A stretch of 64,000 nt of DNA from Antechinus flavipes (GCF_016432865.1 NC_067398.1:125798001-125862000), one strand, 5' to 3'; positions 41,224 to 56,690 are shown, numbered from the stretch's first letter. Numbers and translations: made by a program. Notes: a model not told the origin generated them from the sequence alone.

Positions 41224-43029
41224 CTAAATATTAGAAAAGGGGAATATGAAAAAGATTACTGTCAGTCTCTTTTTTCTCAGGCTATTTTCTAATTTAGAAG
41301 TCCTCTTTTCCTAGTAACTATAAAAGAGTTCCCCAAACAAAGAATGAGGGTGATAACATTATTTTCCTATTTATAGTACCTATTCAGGGTTAGGTAGCTT
41401 ATGTACAAGTAATACCTGGAAATTAATAATAATAATTATGCTGTTTAGGATACTCAAAGCCTTTTTCAAATTGGAGTTCATGGTTCCTGAAAATCTCAGA
41501 AAAGACAGACATATCAATCTCATTTATCCTTTTTTTCACTAGTATCAGTAATATAAATGAACGGAAAATTTGTTATTTGTCATATAATTTCATATACTAT
41601 CACTGGAAGAATACCAGTATTTGGAACAGTGGGAAAAACATAACACATTGGACAACAGAAAGATGGTCAGCATAAGTAGGTTACATGTTATCAATCATTT
41701 TTTGTAAGGGGAGTCCTCTCAATATTATTTTTATGATATATATGATTAGAAAAGAGAGTATTCTCCTACTATAAATGAGAGAATTTACTCTAATAGATAT
41801 TTACATTAGTGCCCACATGTGTGTTAGGCAGTGGACAGGAAGCAACATTTAGATAAGAAAATAGTCCCTACTCTCAAGGGTCTTATTGTCTGGCAGGAGA
41901 ATAAGAAGCATAGAGAGATAACTATAATATGAAATCTTTAAAGAAAGTATATTGTTAGTACATAAATCATATTAATCATGTGCTACATTGAGACCTAAGT
42001 GTGCTACTCATTTACCTAACAAGGATTATCAGGAAAGATAGCACAAAACACTGAGGGATTTGAGTTGTGTTTTAAAGGATAAAGAAAGACAGCATAAGCC
42101 ATGAGAATAGAAGATAGAGAATAGGATAATTTCACTGAATTGTGGCATTTATGGATTTTAAAAGATGTAGAAAAAGACTTCCAACAGATTAGATGGACTC
42201 TCTGTAGAGTCTATATGGAAGGACATTGTCAAATATGGCATAGAATGAGAAGTTTTAGAGATGAGAAGTTTCAGAGACCTTTAATCTGCATTGATGAATT
42301 TATGGTTGTACCCAAACACTAAGATGCCATCATTTAAAAATTAGAAGAAATGTTAGAGGGTATCTATTACTTGATCCAGGTATCTTCTATATCCTTCAGG
42401 CTTTCTATCCCCTACCTGAACCCTTTGGTGGTGGAGAACACAGCACTACTCCCTGAGGTCATCCATTTCATGTTAATAGCATTTGTGTTAACAAGTTCTT
42501 CCTTACAAATAAATCTAGAGGTGATGCATGTATTTTCAGACCATTGATTTTTGTTAATAATAGCTGACATGTAGATTCCATTTAGCATTCTATCTATTCT
42601 CAGCCCTCTGCAATCTGGCTTCAGATTCCATTCTTAAACTTTTTTTTTTTTTGCTTAAGTTTTTTTAAATTTTTAAATCTGGTAGACTTCTCAGCCATGA
42701 ATTGATCTCTGCATCTTCCAATACTGCTAATTACCCTTCTTTTCTACTGAATACTCATTATTCTCTGGCTTTTTGTGACATTGTTTTCTCCTGGTGGTAC
42801 TCATATATTTGACCATTTTTTTCAATTTTTGTTTTTTGTTTTATCTTTATCAATTTTTTTCTCTGAATTCATGTACTTTCTTCCTATGTACTGGTATAGC
42901 TTAAAGATCTGTTCTTCCTCAGCCAGTCAGTCAAGTAAATCAATAGACATTTATTAAACACTAAGTGCCAGATACCATATTAAGTGTTATTACAACGAAG
43001 GGCTAAAAAAAGTCCCTACCTTCAGGGAG

Positions 43030-43865
43030 CCATATTTTAGTGGAAGAAATGTGTTACTATTAGGTTTACAAAAAACTTTAGAAATCTATATGTTTTGTTT
43101 TTACATTGCAAACATTTACAGACAAACCTGAGACACACATTGTTGCACATAAAAGACTTTTTCCTATTTCTTTGATATCTTTTCAATGTAGAGCTAATAG
43201 TGTTATATAATTGGGTCAATGGATGTACTGTTTAGTAACATTTTTGTGTATAATTCCAAATAACTTTTCTAATAATCACACACTCGCAGGTCCACTAACA
43301 GTGTAACAATGTGCCTATTTCTCTGCAGTCCCTCAAGCAGTTATTCTTTTCCTTTTTTGTCATCTTTGCCAGTTAGATGGCTATGAAGCAGACTCACAAA
43401 ATTGCCTTAATTTTCATTTTTCTAATTAGTAGAAATTTGGGACATTTAAAAATATAACTATAAATAAACTTTAATTTCTTTCATTGAGAGCTGCTTGTTT
43501 ATATCCTTGGATTATTTATTAATTGGGAATGGCCTTTAGTGTTGTAAATTTAACTCAGTCCTCTATATATCTTAGTCATGAAAACTTTATCAGAGAAACT
43601 TTATGAAAATATTTCCCCAGTTGTTTCCTTTTTGAAATCCTAATTAATTTTAATTTAATTTTCTATAATTTTACTAATGGATTTGTAAAAAAACGTTGTA
43701 AAAATTGCCTATTTTATCTTCTATCTCTTTTTTGGTCATGAACTTTTCCCAATCCATTAATATAACAGGCAATTTCCTACCACGCTTCTCAATTTGTTTC
43801 TAATTTGACCTTTTATATTTAAGTCACGTATGCAAATGGAGTTTGTTTTGATATGTGGTCTAAAA
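43030..43865 (-). mobile_element. Old LINE-1 ORF2 3' fragment
   Basis: ttttgtcatctttgccagt...ttaattttcatttttctaattagtag...ttatcagagaaact. Confidence 0.75.
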
Positions 43866-44322
43866 CATTATTATAATTCTAATTTCTTCAATACTGCTTC
43901 TAATTTCCCCAATAATCTTTGCTAAATAGTATTTGTAATTTTTAAACATTACAGTACCAGATACATTTGTTTCTGTATTGTCTTTTCTTCTAAACCTTCT
44001 TTTCTTTCTAATTTCCCTATTACTATTACCTATTACATCCTTCCAGTCACCCAGGCTCCCAATTAAAAAAAATGTTTCATCCTCAATTTCTCTCTCTCCC
44101 CTTTTCCAATTTGTTGCCACAGCCAATTAACTTTATTTTCATAACAGCTCTCATTTATTTCTCCTTCTCTCCTCTGATACTACTGGTTGTCCTAGGTAGA
44201 CCTCAAGTGTAGACTATTACAATTACTTGCTGATTTTTTTTTCTCATGTCACAAGTCTCTCTCTACTAGTCCATTCTCTACTCAATTGTCAGAGTGATAT
44301 TTTGAAAGTATATGTTTAACCA

Positions 44323-44922
44323 TGTCATCCTGAACCTTATACTTTATTGCTTGAAAGGTGGTGATGGGGAGAGCTTGTGGTCTTCTGGCTTCTTAGTATC
44401 TAAAGAGATGACCCAGTTCCAGAGAGATTCTCTACAGTGAGAATTCCCTAAAGAAGGATGGANNNNNNNNNNNNNNNNNNNNNNNNNNNNNNNNNNNNNN
44501 NNNNNNNNNNNNNNNNNNNNNNNNNNNNNNNNNNNNNNNNNNNNNNNNNNNNNNNNNNNNNNNNNNNNNNNNNNNNNNNNNNNNNNNNNNNNNNNNNNNN
44601 NNNNNNNNNNNNNNTAGGAATAAGTTGACATGTAGAGGAGCTTGCACCTTAATTATGTCCTCATCTCCAGAGTATTACAGTAGAAACTTCAGGGCAATTC
44701 CCTGTAGGTAAGATCTGGGACTCTCTCCTGGTTAAGCCAAGATATTTCACTCCTACTGGGAGAGCTCATTGTTGGGCATATTATCATTTACACATAGTCT
44801 CTGAATTCTTGCTGTTATTGGTTTGTATAAGTAAGTTTATTTGCTATTTGCTCTGTGTATTCATTGTGGAGCTGGCAATATGGTATCTAGGGAGTCAAGC
44901 ATTGGGTATATAGCTTGGGACA
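44323..44922. mobile_element. Probable solo LTR inserted in an L2, spanning a gap
   Basis: TGTC...GACA termini; L2 motif aaccatgtca|ctcc is split by it; LTR-like composition; no clean TSD. Confidence 0.5.
44463..44613. other. Assembly gap (151 N)
   Basis: run of N. Confidence 1.
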
Positions 44923-45674
44923 CTCCTTCCTCTTTAAATGATAGTGATTAGGACCTCAATTGCAAAAAGTTATTATTTCTTAATTTTTGGTTGAATCTAT
45001 CAAAGTGCTTTTTGATACCATTACCATCATGCTCTTACAATGGATACCTTCTACCCCAACTGTCTTTTGTGTGTTTTCTTTTCCCAATATATTGCAAGCT
45101 TCTTGAAGGAAGAGATTATCTTTCTTTTTTCTTTTTTTTTGTTTCCTCAACACTTGACACATAGTAGGCATTTAATAAATGTTTATTGTACTGTAATATG
45201 ATATCACCAGAGTTTAATAAATAAGGGGGTGACATGATTGTATTTACATTTTAGGAAAATCCCTATGGCAGCTAAATAGAAGGGAGATTGAAGTGGGGAG
45301 AAACTTAAGGCAGGAAGATGAATTAGAAGGCTATCTCAGTAGTCCAGGGGAGAAATGATGAGAGCCTGAGCTAGGCTTGTGGTTCTATGAGTAGAGAAAA
45401 GGGGTTGTAGGCTAGGACATTAGTGGAAGTGGAGAAACCCTAGTTAATCATTTATATTACTAACAGGGACAGTTATGAGCTAAAAAACTATAGAGTGGAC
45501 CTGACAAAATTTGAATTAAGTTTGCACCCAGTTTAGATTGATTTGGACAAAGCTGTGATTCTTTTAGATAGAGAGAATATCAAAGTAGTTTTTAGGACTT
45601 TGATGGAGGAAATCTGGGTTACTGGGAAGATAGTGGAGACATTGACATAGTAGGGACATTCAGAAAAGAGAAGG

Positions 45675-45675
<1 letters not shown>

Positions 45676-45723
<48 letters not shown>

Positions 45724-45725
45724 TG
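45676..45725. repeat. (GT)n microsatellite
   Basis: about 20 perfect GT units. Confidence 0.98.
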
Positions 45726-45739
45726 AAGAAAATAGATTA

Positions 45740-46690
45740 TGTTTTGATGGTTATTTCCACATGGATATTTCATAAACATCTTAATTATAACAGTCAAAAT
45801 AAAGGTCACTTTCTCCCAATTCCACATAAGCACACTCATGTTTCTACTTCCCTTTTTCTGTCAGGGTACTACCATCCTTCCAATTACCCAGTTTTGCAGT
45901 CCTGAAGATATTTTCTTCACTTTCTTTTGCTTTATCCCCACTCAATGTAATCAGATGCCCAGCTTTGTTGACATCTTGAATATATACCCTCTTCTCTCTC
46001 CTTACATGTCTATTACTTAATTCAGTCCCTAATTACCTCTTATCTGGACTATTTAATAGCCTCCTAAACAGTATCATTACATCAAGATTTTCTTCTCTCC
46101 AATCAATCACAGTTGCCGAAATAATTTTCCTAAAGATTAGATATTATTATATTACTATTATATTAGAATTTTTAGAAGTTTCCTTTTATGTTTAAGAAGG
46201 AAAATAGTTTATATATAGGTCATTTAAAGACTTCCACTTAAAAGACTTTGTATGACTTCAAATTATCTTTCTGGATTGATTTGACATCACTTCTCATATA
46301 CTCTAAATTATCATTTGCTCTTGTACATGACATCTCATTTCCTTCCTGATTCTATACTTTTGTCCAAATTTTCCCCAACTTCTTGATCATCTTCTCTCCT
46401 GATAAATCTCTCTCCCTCCCCTTTTTGACTCTAGGAATCCTTAGTTCCCTTCAGCTTAAGTGCTTCCCCTATAAGTATCCTAGAAGCCAATTCTGGCTCC
46501 TACTTTGATAGTTAGTATTCTCCCCACACCCACCTACTCTTAACATTTATTTTTTGTATAATTGGCATCCATTTCTGCACCACTGTTGTCTCTTCTCCTC
46601 CTGACCCTGTTCCTTGAGGATGGGAATAATACATACAAGTGCCAATATGGTGCCTTGTACAAAATAAGAACTTACTAAATACTTGTGAAA
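45740..46690 (-). mobile_element. L2 LINE 3' remnant
   Basis: catccttccaattacccag...tatctggactatttaatagcctcctaa...agaacttactaaatacttgtg. Confidence 0.7.
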
Positions 46691-47382
46691 TTGAAACTCA
46701 TTTGATCTTCAAAAAAAGTCTGTTAGATAACAAGTTCTGTTCACATTGATGATGAAGAAACTGAAGTTCAGACAGTTAAGATAACTATTATTAGAAATGG
46801 GACTGATGCATAGATCTGGAAGTTGCCATAAGGACCATTTAAGTCCTATTGTTTCCTTTTGCAAGTGAGGACATTTGAAGTCCAGGGATCTTTACGCATG
46901 ATGGCCAAAAATTACATAGTAAGGAAGTCTGATACAATCTCATCATTGACTCCTTCCCTCCTGAAATATGGTGTCCAGAAGGGAATGCAACACTGGCCAA
47001 TATAGAATACAGTAGGAATATTTCCTTCCGTATATTAGACTTCTTTTTTTATAACACAAGACCATATTAATTTCACAATGTTAATTCCTATTAGTTGCAA
47101 TCAACTCATACCCAGAAGTCCTTTTTAACATGAACTCTGATTTAGTCACATCTCCTTTATTCTGTACTCACACTTTGGACTTTTGAAGTTCATTTGGGAT
47201 ACCTATTCTGTCACTCAATGATTTAAGCATACTACCCAGCTTCACATTATTCACAAATCTCAATGTATGTCAACCAGGCTTTCTTGAAAGTTATGGCAAC
47301 CCTCCTTTACCCTCCCCCCAAAAAAAAGGGGAAAAAAAGGACAAAGTCCTTACAATAAGCCCCTAGAAATTTCTGTCTAGGT

Positions 47383-47538
47383 CAGGAATTCTTGTTTTTA
47401 TGACATGGACCTCTTTGGCAGTCATGTGAATAAAAATAAAAAGATAGAATTACCAATGAAACCAATTTATTGAAATATAATTATCAGAATAATTTTTAAA
47501 AATCCAAAAGTTCACAGATCCCAAGTTAAGAACTCTTG
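47383..47538. mobile_element. Charlie4-like hAT MITE
   Basis: caggaattcttg ... gttaagaactcttg; flanks GTCTAGGT / CTCTAGAC fit the NTCTAGAN target preference of Charlie elements. Confidence 0.8.
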
Positions 47539-47788
47539 CTCTAGACAATAGTGATTCATAAGTCAAAACACTTTGACTTAGATCATTTAACTGGTTACCC
47601 ATCTATTTGACTGGACAATTTTATATTCCCCTACCTTGACCACAAGTGTATAATGATACTAACCAAAGAATGTACATTCTTATTTCACATTCTCATTTCC
47701 AAACTACTTGTTTTTGGCTATGTCTCTGATATGGTGTAAGAACTTAGATGCTAGACTAGGAAATAGTTATGGTTTATGCCTGACATTA

Positions 47789-47929
<141 letters not shown>

Positions 47930-49429
47930 CTAGGAATTGAGTCAAAGAATATTTACTGTTACTAAATGTACAACAGATTTTACACTGGGGGATGGGAGGT
48001 GTTTCTTCTTATACTTGATAAATCTTTTTGCACTTATCTCTGACTTCCCTTGGACCTTGTTGTTTCATCTTTATACTGGCCATTTTTTGCTCTCCTGCTG
48101 ACAGTCCATGCTCTAAATTGGACCTCTAAAGACCATATTACAGGATTTAATATCCTCAGCTCTGAACTTCCTGGTTCTATGCACTCTGCTATTTACTTTA
48201 TTCTTACCTTTTCCTTTTGTGATTCTCTCAAAAATACAATCAGGTCAACATTATCATGGCCTCTAGAGAGGCCATGTCAATGGACTCACTGACCTTTTGC
48301 TGGTCACTACTTGCCTATAAAAGTCCTTTCTATTAGAAGCCATATTCTTTCTATCATTATTCCAGAAGACTGGTGAGGAAATATGCTGACCAGCTCTTGA
48401 CAGAGAGATAATAGACTCAGAATGCAGAAGAAGACAGAAATGTTCTGACACCTGATATGAAAATGTGCTTTATTTGTGTATCTATGTTTGTTAATGAGTG
48501 TTTTGTTGTTATTTTCCACTGGGCATTGAAGTGGGAGGACAACGAAGATAGGGATAGTTCTGCAATAAAGAGGAAAGGAAAGAAAAAGATAAAAAGAAAG
48601 AAAATGGGAGCACTGAGGAATATATATGTATTTAAAGTAGAGATAAGGAGGAAGGTTGGAAAGAAACAGAGACAAGCAGAGCAGCTTTGAAACTTTAATA
48701 TATTTAAACACAACAACAAACTGTACATATGAGAAATCTGCATTTTCATGTACAACTCTCATACCATTCTACTATGTTTATGGAAATACTCATTTGATTT
48801 GATGTTTAAGTTCAGAAAAAAGGAATTAAAAGTCATCAGTATTAAAAAAAAAGTGCAAGCTTCTCATTGAGAGCAGAGAGCATTTTACTTTACAATTTTA
48901 ACAGGCTTAGTTATCTAGCTTCCCAATTCAGCAGATTAGCAATCGCAAATTAGGTGAGGTTCTGCTTTAGACAGGTACACTAACAATGGTAAAAAAAAAA
49001 GTAAGAACTGGCAGTTTATTAATAATAGAGGAAGCAGGAAAAAAAAAACTATGAAAAAGCAGGCACAACTCAAAAAGCATTACCCTGGGGTTTCATGGAG
49101 AAGAAAAATAGTTTTCCAAACTTTACCAGTTTTTGAAGGCATCACTGTATTACAATAAGGGATAGTAGTTATTTTCATTAGGACTGAATGATCAAGATAT
49201 TATTGTCACCATATCCTACTGAGGGCAGAAAGATGTGCAATATCATTTTGTGCCATTTCCATGAAAAATAGAAATGTTGTACAAAGTGGTATGCTTCAGC
49301 TTTCTGGAAAATTCCCTAATATACAGTAGCTTGAAGTATGAGATTTTATTGTCATTTCAGTGGGAGGTTTGGAGCATATGACTCAAACCCACAAAAATAA
49401 GGTAGTGGTGGGAAAGAGAGAGAAGGTTA

Positions 49430-49579
<150 letters not shown>

Positions 49580-51035
49580 TTAGGATGTCAAATGCTCCTG
49601 CTCCTTTTAATTGTTATTCTGTTCTCCTTATGCCTTTCATTGCTTTGTTTTAACTCTGTAAGTCATCTCTAATGTATTTTTGGAAGAAGGTGGGGGATTA
49701 TGCATGAAAGAATAATCATTTTTGAGGATGAAAAAAGTTGTCAGGGGAAAAGCAAAGAATTAGAATTATCATTTGAAGAGAAAAGCTGTGGTTTAATTTA
49801 ATAAATGTTCGACAATAGGATTATTTTAAGCAGAATTTTTACCAGCTGTTCTCCTTATTTACTGAGGATGAATAAAAATAGTAATCTGAGCCTAATTTGG
49901 GGCAGGAAAGATTTTGTTTGCTCTATCCTTGATGATCATAGCTGAATTCTGACGGCTCCACATCCATCTCTACCCCAGGAAGGGAATAAGACAGCTGGAA
50001 ATGTTAGGAGTTGATGCTACCAGAATCTAGCCTGTGCCACATGCCAACTATCTTTCTGGTTTTTAAGCTACTTTGCTCTTCATAATGACAGACATTACTA
50101 AGAGAAAAGTACATAGCAGAGGAAAAACTGAAGGCAAGGAAATGATATGAAATATTCCTGTTAGTTCCACTCCCTTTAGAATTGACTGTAGGTTTGAAGA
50201 GAATGGTTCCATCTGCCCCATCTGCTTCAGCCCCTTTCTGACTTTGTCCCAGATCCTTCTGCAAGTTTCTAAAGGGAAAGAAGCCAAGTTTTCTTTTTCT
50301 CTTCTACCAGAAGACATGAAGTATTCAAAGATAAAGCATAAGAAACCAAAGAAAGACTTAGCTTTTGCTAATAAGGTCCTGTCATAGGTTAAAAAGTTAT
50401 TTTCTTGATGAGGTTAGAGATGCAGAACTTCTTCATAGGATCATATTTTTAGAACTAAAAGGGAAATTAGGGATCAGGCTCTTATTTTACAGATAAGGAA
50501 ACTGAGGGACAGAAAAGCCAAATGAGTTGTCCAACATTAAATAGCTGATGTGCCAAAAAACAATTCTTGATACCCAGGTCTTTCTGATTCTCAGCTCAGT
50601 TCCCTATCCATTATACCATGTTGCCTTTCAAAAACCTTAGCAGAGGAGGGTTCCTCACAAAAATGCTTATGGAATTTAGGAGATGTTCTGTGGTGGAATT
50701 TTTCAGTAGTACGGTGAGAATCCAAGATAGTTTAGGCACAGGTGTTCTTGGATACTCAAGAGCTAAAATTGATGGCTTTTTGTTTTTTAATTAAGGCTTA
50801 AGAGTCTATGAATTTATTTCAATTATATTGAAAAACAATCCTTCTTGGAGCTAGTCCATCTAAATCTGAGAATGACCCATCTTAAACTGGAATGATGAAA
50901 AACAAGAGGTTGTCAAAAGAATTTTACTTACTGGTTTGACAACATAACTGGAAACAATAATTTTATATTCCAAATAAAATGCTGATCTCATGGAAACTAT
51001 TTTCTTGAATACTAACTTGCTAGCACCAGGAGCTA

Positions 51036-51173
<138 letters not shown>

Positions 51174-52839
51174 TTAAAGGAAGTCAATTAGAAATAAGAG
51201 AAAGTTTATTGCCATGCTCCATTTTTATCTTTCTGGTACCTTTGGTTTTAAAAATTATAAATATAAGAAATGAGAGATATAAATAATTCTACTGAAATAA
51301 AGTGTCATTTTGGAGCTCTTTTCTGCCAGTTTCCCAGAATCTTCCTTGCTAAGATTTCATTTCCCACAGAGAGAAAAAAAAAAAAAACGAAAGAGAGACC
51401 TTATATTTTGACCGTGCTTCTTTTGGGAGAGGTCAGCAAATGGATTAGAAATAATATTTATCTGAATTTCTGAATCAAGTTGAATTTCTTCAAAGTTGTA
51501 AATAATTTTGGGAAAATGCTTTTCTTGATGTTAGATTTTTTTTTTTACTGACATGTAAAAGAAAAAAATTTCTGAATTATAATAGTAATAGCAAACATTT
51601 ATATAGTGCCCTAAGGTTTACTAAACACTTTATATAAATAATTTTCCTTACCAATTAGAGTCCTCATTACTCATGTTTTAAAAATATAGGAATTTATTTT
51701 ACTAAATGTTTCCAATTACATATACATTTTTTAAATTCATTTTTAGAAATCATACATATGAAATCATATAAATTTCATATTAGCCATGTTGCAAAAAAAA
51801 GCACACACATAGCTAAGAAAAATAAAGTAAAATAATTCCTTATTACTTATCTAATGATAATGTCCTGTTCTTTTCATCATTTTTGTGAAATTCCAGACCA
51901 TGCCAATTTTCCCTGGTCACACTACTCTTCTCTGTGTGTCCTTTCCTTATTAAGAAGGTAACTTCTAATGTTCTAGTTTTCTATTTTTATTCCCAGTGCT
52001 TAGCATAGTACTTGACACATAGTAAGTGATTAATAAATGCTACTTATTCATTCATTTATGGTACAATTGAATTAAATGATCAATGCATTTGACATAAATA
52101 TATTAGGTGTTGGATATAAAAAGACAAAAACAAAATAATCCTTATGCTCAAAAGAGCTTATCCTTTTATTACATTTAGAGATAAGAAAAAATCATTTGTA
52201 TTTTCCAAAATCTCTGATTCTTTTTATTTAAAAAATTCAATCTAAATTAAAAAAAAAAAACTGTTACAAAATGGGGGATATTTCCAGATTAAAATCCTTC
52301 ACCCTAAATCTTGTGAGAAGGAAGGATAGACTATGCTTATGATGATAATTTGATGAGGAAGCTATTTTATAGACAGTTAAGAAAAAATATTTACTATGAA
52401 GATTAAAAAAGAAAATGTTTGGCAAAAAGTTCCCTCTATGGTAAAATATTGATATTTAGATAAAGCAAGCTAAGAATTTTCCATAAAAGAAGAAATAGGA
52501 TGAAATGAATTATGGAGGTTACAGACTCATATTTAGATGCCAGAGAATGAGAAGTTAGAAGTGAGAATCCTCTCTTGACTTACCACAGAATTATCAAATC
52601 TGTTTTAGACAAAACATCCTCTTGCTGCACCAATCATTGTTGGTTTATTATACTTTTCCAAAAGACCATTTTGAGGACTGTGATTGAAAGATTATTCTAT
52701 GTTAGGAGTTTTCATTTGTGATTCTCTGAGTCTTGATTGTTGCTGAGAATTGGTTAAGAGTGTAAGCTCCTTTAGGAAAAGAATGGCTTCATTTTTATTT
52801 GCATTTCTTATATTTTATATATACTTATACAAAAACATT

Positions 52840-53065
52840 TGTTGTTGCTGTTCAGTTGTTTTTAATTCAGTCCAACTCTTTGTGACCCCATTTGGAATTT
52901 TCCTGACAAAGATACAGGAATGATTTGCCATTTCCTTTCCCAGCTTATTTTACAGATGAGGAGCAGAAATAAACAGTATTTGTAAAGTATGTGAGGCCAG
53001 ATTTGAACTCAGGAAAATGAATCTTTTAGATTTCAGAGCTGGTACTCATCATGTCACCTAGCAAG
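52840..53065 (-). mobile_element. MAR1 CORE-SINE
   Basis: gttgttgctgttcag...ccaactctttgtgaccccatttgg...tttgccatttcctt...gaggccagatttgaactcagg. Confidence 0.85.
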
Positions 53066-53319
53066 CATATATATGCAATATACATATGTATACATATACA
53101 TATATATATTGTATATCATAAAATATTTGTACCTATTTCCTTTCTTTTTGTGAATGGATGAAGAATGTATATGTAATAGGGAAAAACATAGAAAAAAGAG
53201 AGAAGACAACAAAAATATATAGGGAGCAAATTAACATTAAACTTCAAGAGTCACTTTATCAATGTGAAGGTTCTAAGTTGTTGTACAAGTTGTATAAGTC
53301 TGTATCAACTGGAAGAATC

Positions 53320-53810
53320 CTTAAACAAGCAAGTAGACCCCAAAGGCAATATGAATGATAGTGTGATAAGACTTCCAAGCAAGTTAGCATGATTCATTGA
53401 AGTTGCATTCAGAGAGCCAATATCTAGATGCAGGAAGGTGATTGTCTTTAGTACTCTCCCTTGGTCAGATTATACATGGAATAAATACTCTGTTGAATTT
53501 TAAGTGTCACATTTTAGGGAGAACATGAAACAATGGGAGATAAAACAATAGTTGATGATCCAGAAGAAAACAACTAGTTCTGGGAATGGCTTTGGGGTTG
53601 TGCCATGTAAGGTCAAAAGAATGGGATTAAACTTGATCTGCTTTGATGACTTGTGTGTAGAGAAGATTCTTGATCATCAGATTATACAATCTTTTGGAGT
53701 CCTTCCAAATAAAAGATTCTGTGAAAGACTTGATATCATATCCTATGGATTACATTTGTTTTAGATAGGAGGTTTATCCATTCTTTGCCCTTTGGGTTCG
53801 AATTCTCTTG
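53320..53810 (+). mobile_element. L3/CR1 3' remnant
   Basis: aggaaggtgattgtc...cttggtcagattatacatgg...gtcacattttagggag. Confidence 0.65.
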
Positions 53811-53877
53811 TGTAAATATTAATCTCTACCTGACTCGACTTGAAATTTCTAGCATTCTAACTAAAATCCCCTCTTAC

Positions 53878-53921
53878 CTCCAACAGCATGTTCTCCCACA
53901 GTCTGACTTTATAACAGTTTC
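53878..53921 (-). CDS. MROH2B: MROH2B exon 17 (44 nt)
   Basis: tttttctag|GA AAC...GAG|gtaaga; (G)NCYKVRLWENMLLE vs recalled human GKNISTVLWETMLLQ. Confidence 0.9.
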
Positions 53922-55013
53922 CTAGAAAAAGAAGTTGATTTGATGAATGTAATTAACAATTAGATCAGATTCACAATTTACAGTTTCTCATAATAAGGAT
54001 TCCTTTATATTTAACAAAGTTAGAGGAAACTTAGATATAATTCATTGATGTTAAAACAAAGGACAAAAGAAGGACACAGGTTTTGGCATAGTTTGTGATA
54101 ACCTAGTTTCCCTTTGTTCAAAGAGGATTTGGATCAACCATAGTACTTAGGAAGTCTAAGCAGTATCTGTTCAGTTTTGTTAAGATTCTATGCTGACTTG
54201 AGTAACTTTTGAATGTTGTCATAATTGGGGGCATGGAAAATTCATTTGTATTTTGCAGCATTTATGTTTCTTTTTTCCTTCTTTTTTATTTAACCTAAAC
54301 TCAGGGAGAAAAAGAATCTATTATAAAAGTCAGTGAAATTGGATCCCTTTTTCCCCTTCTATGATTTAGTATATCTGGAACCTTTGGTAAATGCATTAAA
54401 AGCAAGCTGACCTTAGGGAATCTTTGAATATATCGATCATGAGTAAGTTTGTTATGGTTATAAATAGAGGTAGGTAAAATTCTTCTGGTGCTCAGGAATT
54501 ATACTTATTAAGTCATCAGCGATTTTGTCTTGTTTTTGTCTATGTATCTCTGCTCTATTCTTTGGTGGAAGGAGCCTTGACTAGCTAGTTGGCTTCACTC
54601 ACTGAATGAGTTTCACTCACTGAGTATAATTTATTCTAAACCTTCCTCCAACTTAAGAACAACTTCTCAAATCATATCAATTTGGGAATCTGTGATTTTC
54701 ATATTTTCCTATTTTCTATATTGACCATGACTTTTGTTATCTGTATAATGATATGAGTGCTTTATTAAAACCATGACTTTTGTCTCCTTAAATTACCATT
54801 TTCTCAATACTAAAATCAAGAATCCCTCAAGTCCAGAAGAAAGCAGTAAAAATACAACCCATTCCCCTCTTGTAAGTAGACAATTATCTTCAGAGAAAGA
54901 TATATGTGAAACTATTAGTAGAAACAATTGGATTTATTCAGCCCACATAAAAATCCATTGATACTATTATCTAAAAGTAATAAGATTATTTTAGTGTTGA
55001 ACTCATGATGTCA

Positions 55014-55187
<174 letters not shown>

Positions 55188-56394
55188 CTATATTTGGGAA
55201 AAGAAAATGGTTGCAATTGTTCTCCTCTAGAATGCCCATCTCATTTTCATCATAAATTCTACTTAGGATATTTTAAAATTGTAATATCTGATCTTTCCTC
55301 TTGTCAAAGAATTAATTGAAGGAGAAAGATCAACCAACTCACAATCTATTTTTGCCTTCCCTTCTTTTTCCCTCCCAAGAGTATTATAAAAGTTTTTAGC
55401 AAGATATAGACAGTTTGAAAGCAGGAATTGGTTTTTTTTTTTTTGATCTTTCTTTTTGTCTTCAAATTTCAAATGCCCAGCATAGATTTTTCCTTTAAAA
55501 GTACTGTTGAATGATTTGAACTACTAGAATCAAAAAAAGATAGAATGCAAATGTGAATCACTCTGAGAGTTATCATCACATAGATACTTTTATACTTGAA
55601 AAAGGGTATCTGAGAAATTGATGCTAGAAACACAACAGAAAACACATTCTTCAATAGGAGAGTTAACCAACAGCAGTGGGGAGTCAGTTATCAGCTTAAG
55701 CAGATACTGATTTATTTTTGGAATTTTTATTTTATTGTAAAAAATTAATAATATATTTCCTCTCATCCCTTTGCCCTCATACTGGATCTGGAGTCAGAAA
55801 TATTTAAGTTCAAATGCAGTCTCAGGAATTTTTTAGCTTCCCTGGGCAAGTCACTTCGGTCTGCCTTAGTGTCCTCAACTGTAAAACAGAATAATAATAA
55901 TAATACCTTCTCATAAGGTTGTTGTGAGAGTGCCTGGCAAAAAGTAGATGTTTAATAAATGGTTGTTCCCTTCCTTTCCCATTACTTCTTCACAACCACA
56001 TTGAAAAATAACTTGTAATAAATATATATAGTTTGATAAAGTAAAATTAGCTATTTCCCAGGAAGTGTCTCATTCTGCATCTTGAGCCAGTTACTTGTCA
56101 GTAGGTGGGTCTCATTTTTCATTATCAGTCTTTGACCACATGATTAGCCACATCATGGTTAGAGTTCTTAACTGATTTATTTGTTTTAGGGTTTTTTATA
56201 TTTTCTTTTTTGTTTTTATTATTTTATTTTTCTATTTCTTAATTTCTACTTTATTATTTTTATATTATATTTTATTCTTTTAGCTGAAATAAAATGGAAG
56301 AGTTCCCAGGAATTAATTGATTTATTTTAATAATCACCCTGCAACTGTTCACTACTAATTCATCACTTAAAAAATTTATAATTTCATTGGTGTG

Positions 56395-56562
56395 GTTCTC
56401 CCCAGTTTTCCTCAGAATTAATTTCTGAATGGATTCTACAGTGACAGACCCCCACAAACATTCAGGATGAAAGAATTTTTCAGCTTAAGATATCTTGGAA
56501 GGATTTCAGGAAAATCTGTCTTGCTTGGACTGGGGTAGGGGGAGGGAGGGAATGTGATCCAG
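56395..56562 (+). repeat. Displaced duplicate of the L1 5'UTR segment at 57186-57350
   Basis: 168-nt near-identical direct repeat with a few substitutions and 1-2 nt indels. Confidence 0.95.
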
Positions 56563-56690
56563 AGATTCATATCTATGGCTTAGGAGAAAGTCTTCATGAG
56601 CTACTATGATTGCATCCATCCCCCACTTTGATAACCAGTCTTCTGGTGATAAACCTAGCTCATCTAGGCTCAATTAGCTTAATACAATGA

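Noticed and set aside
40318-44613. Possibility that the two N gaps hide MROH2B exons
   Set aside because: Exons 20-21-22 join in frame and are collinear with the recalled human protein, so nothing appears to be missing.
50063-50317. Exon-like segment in intron 18 (ttctttccctttag|AAACTTGCAG...; ETCRRIWDKVRKGLKQMGQ)
   Set aside because: Has an acceptor-like site but no convincing donor or MROH similarity; exons 18 and 19 join directly.
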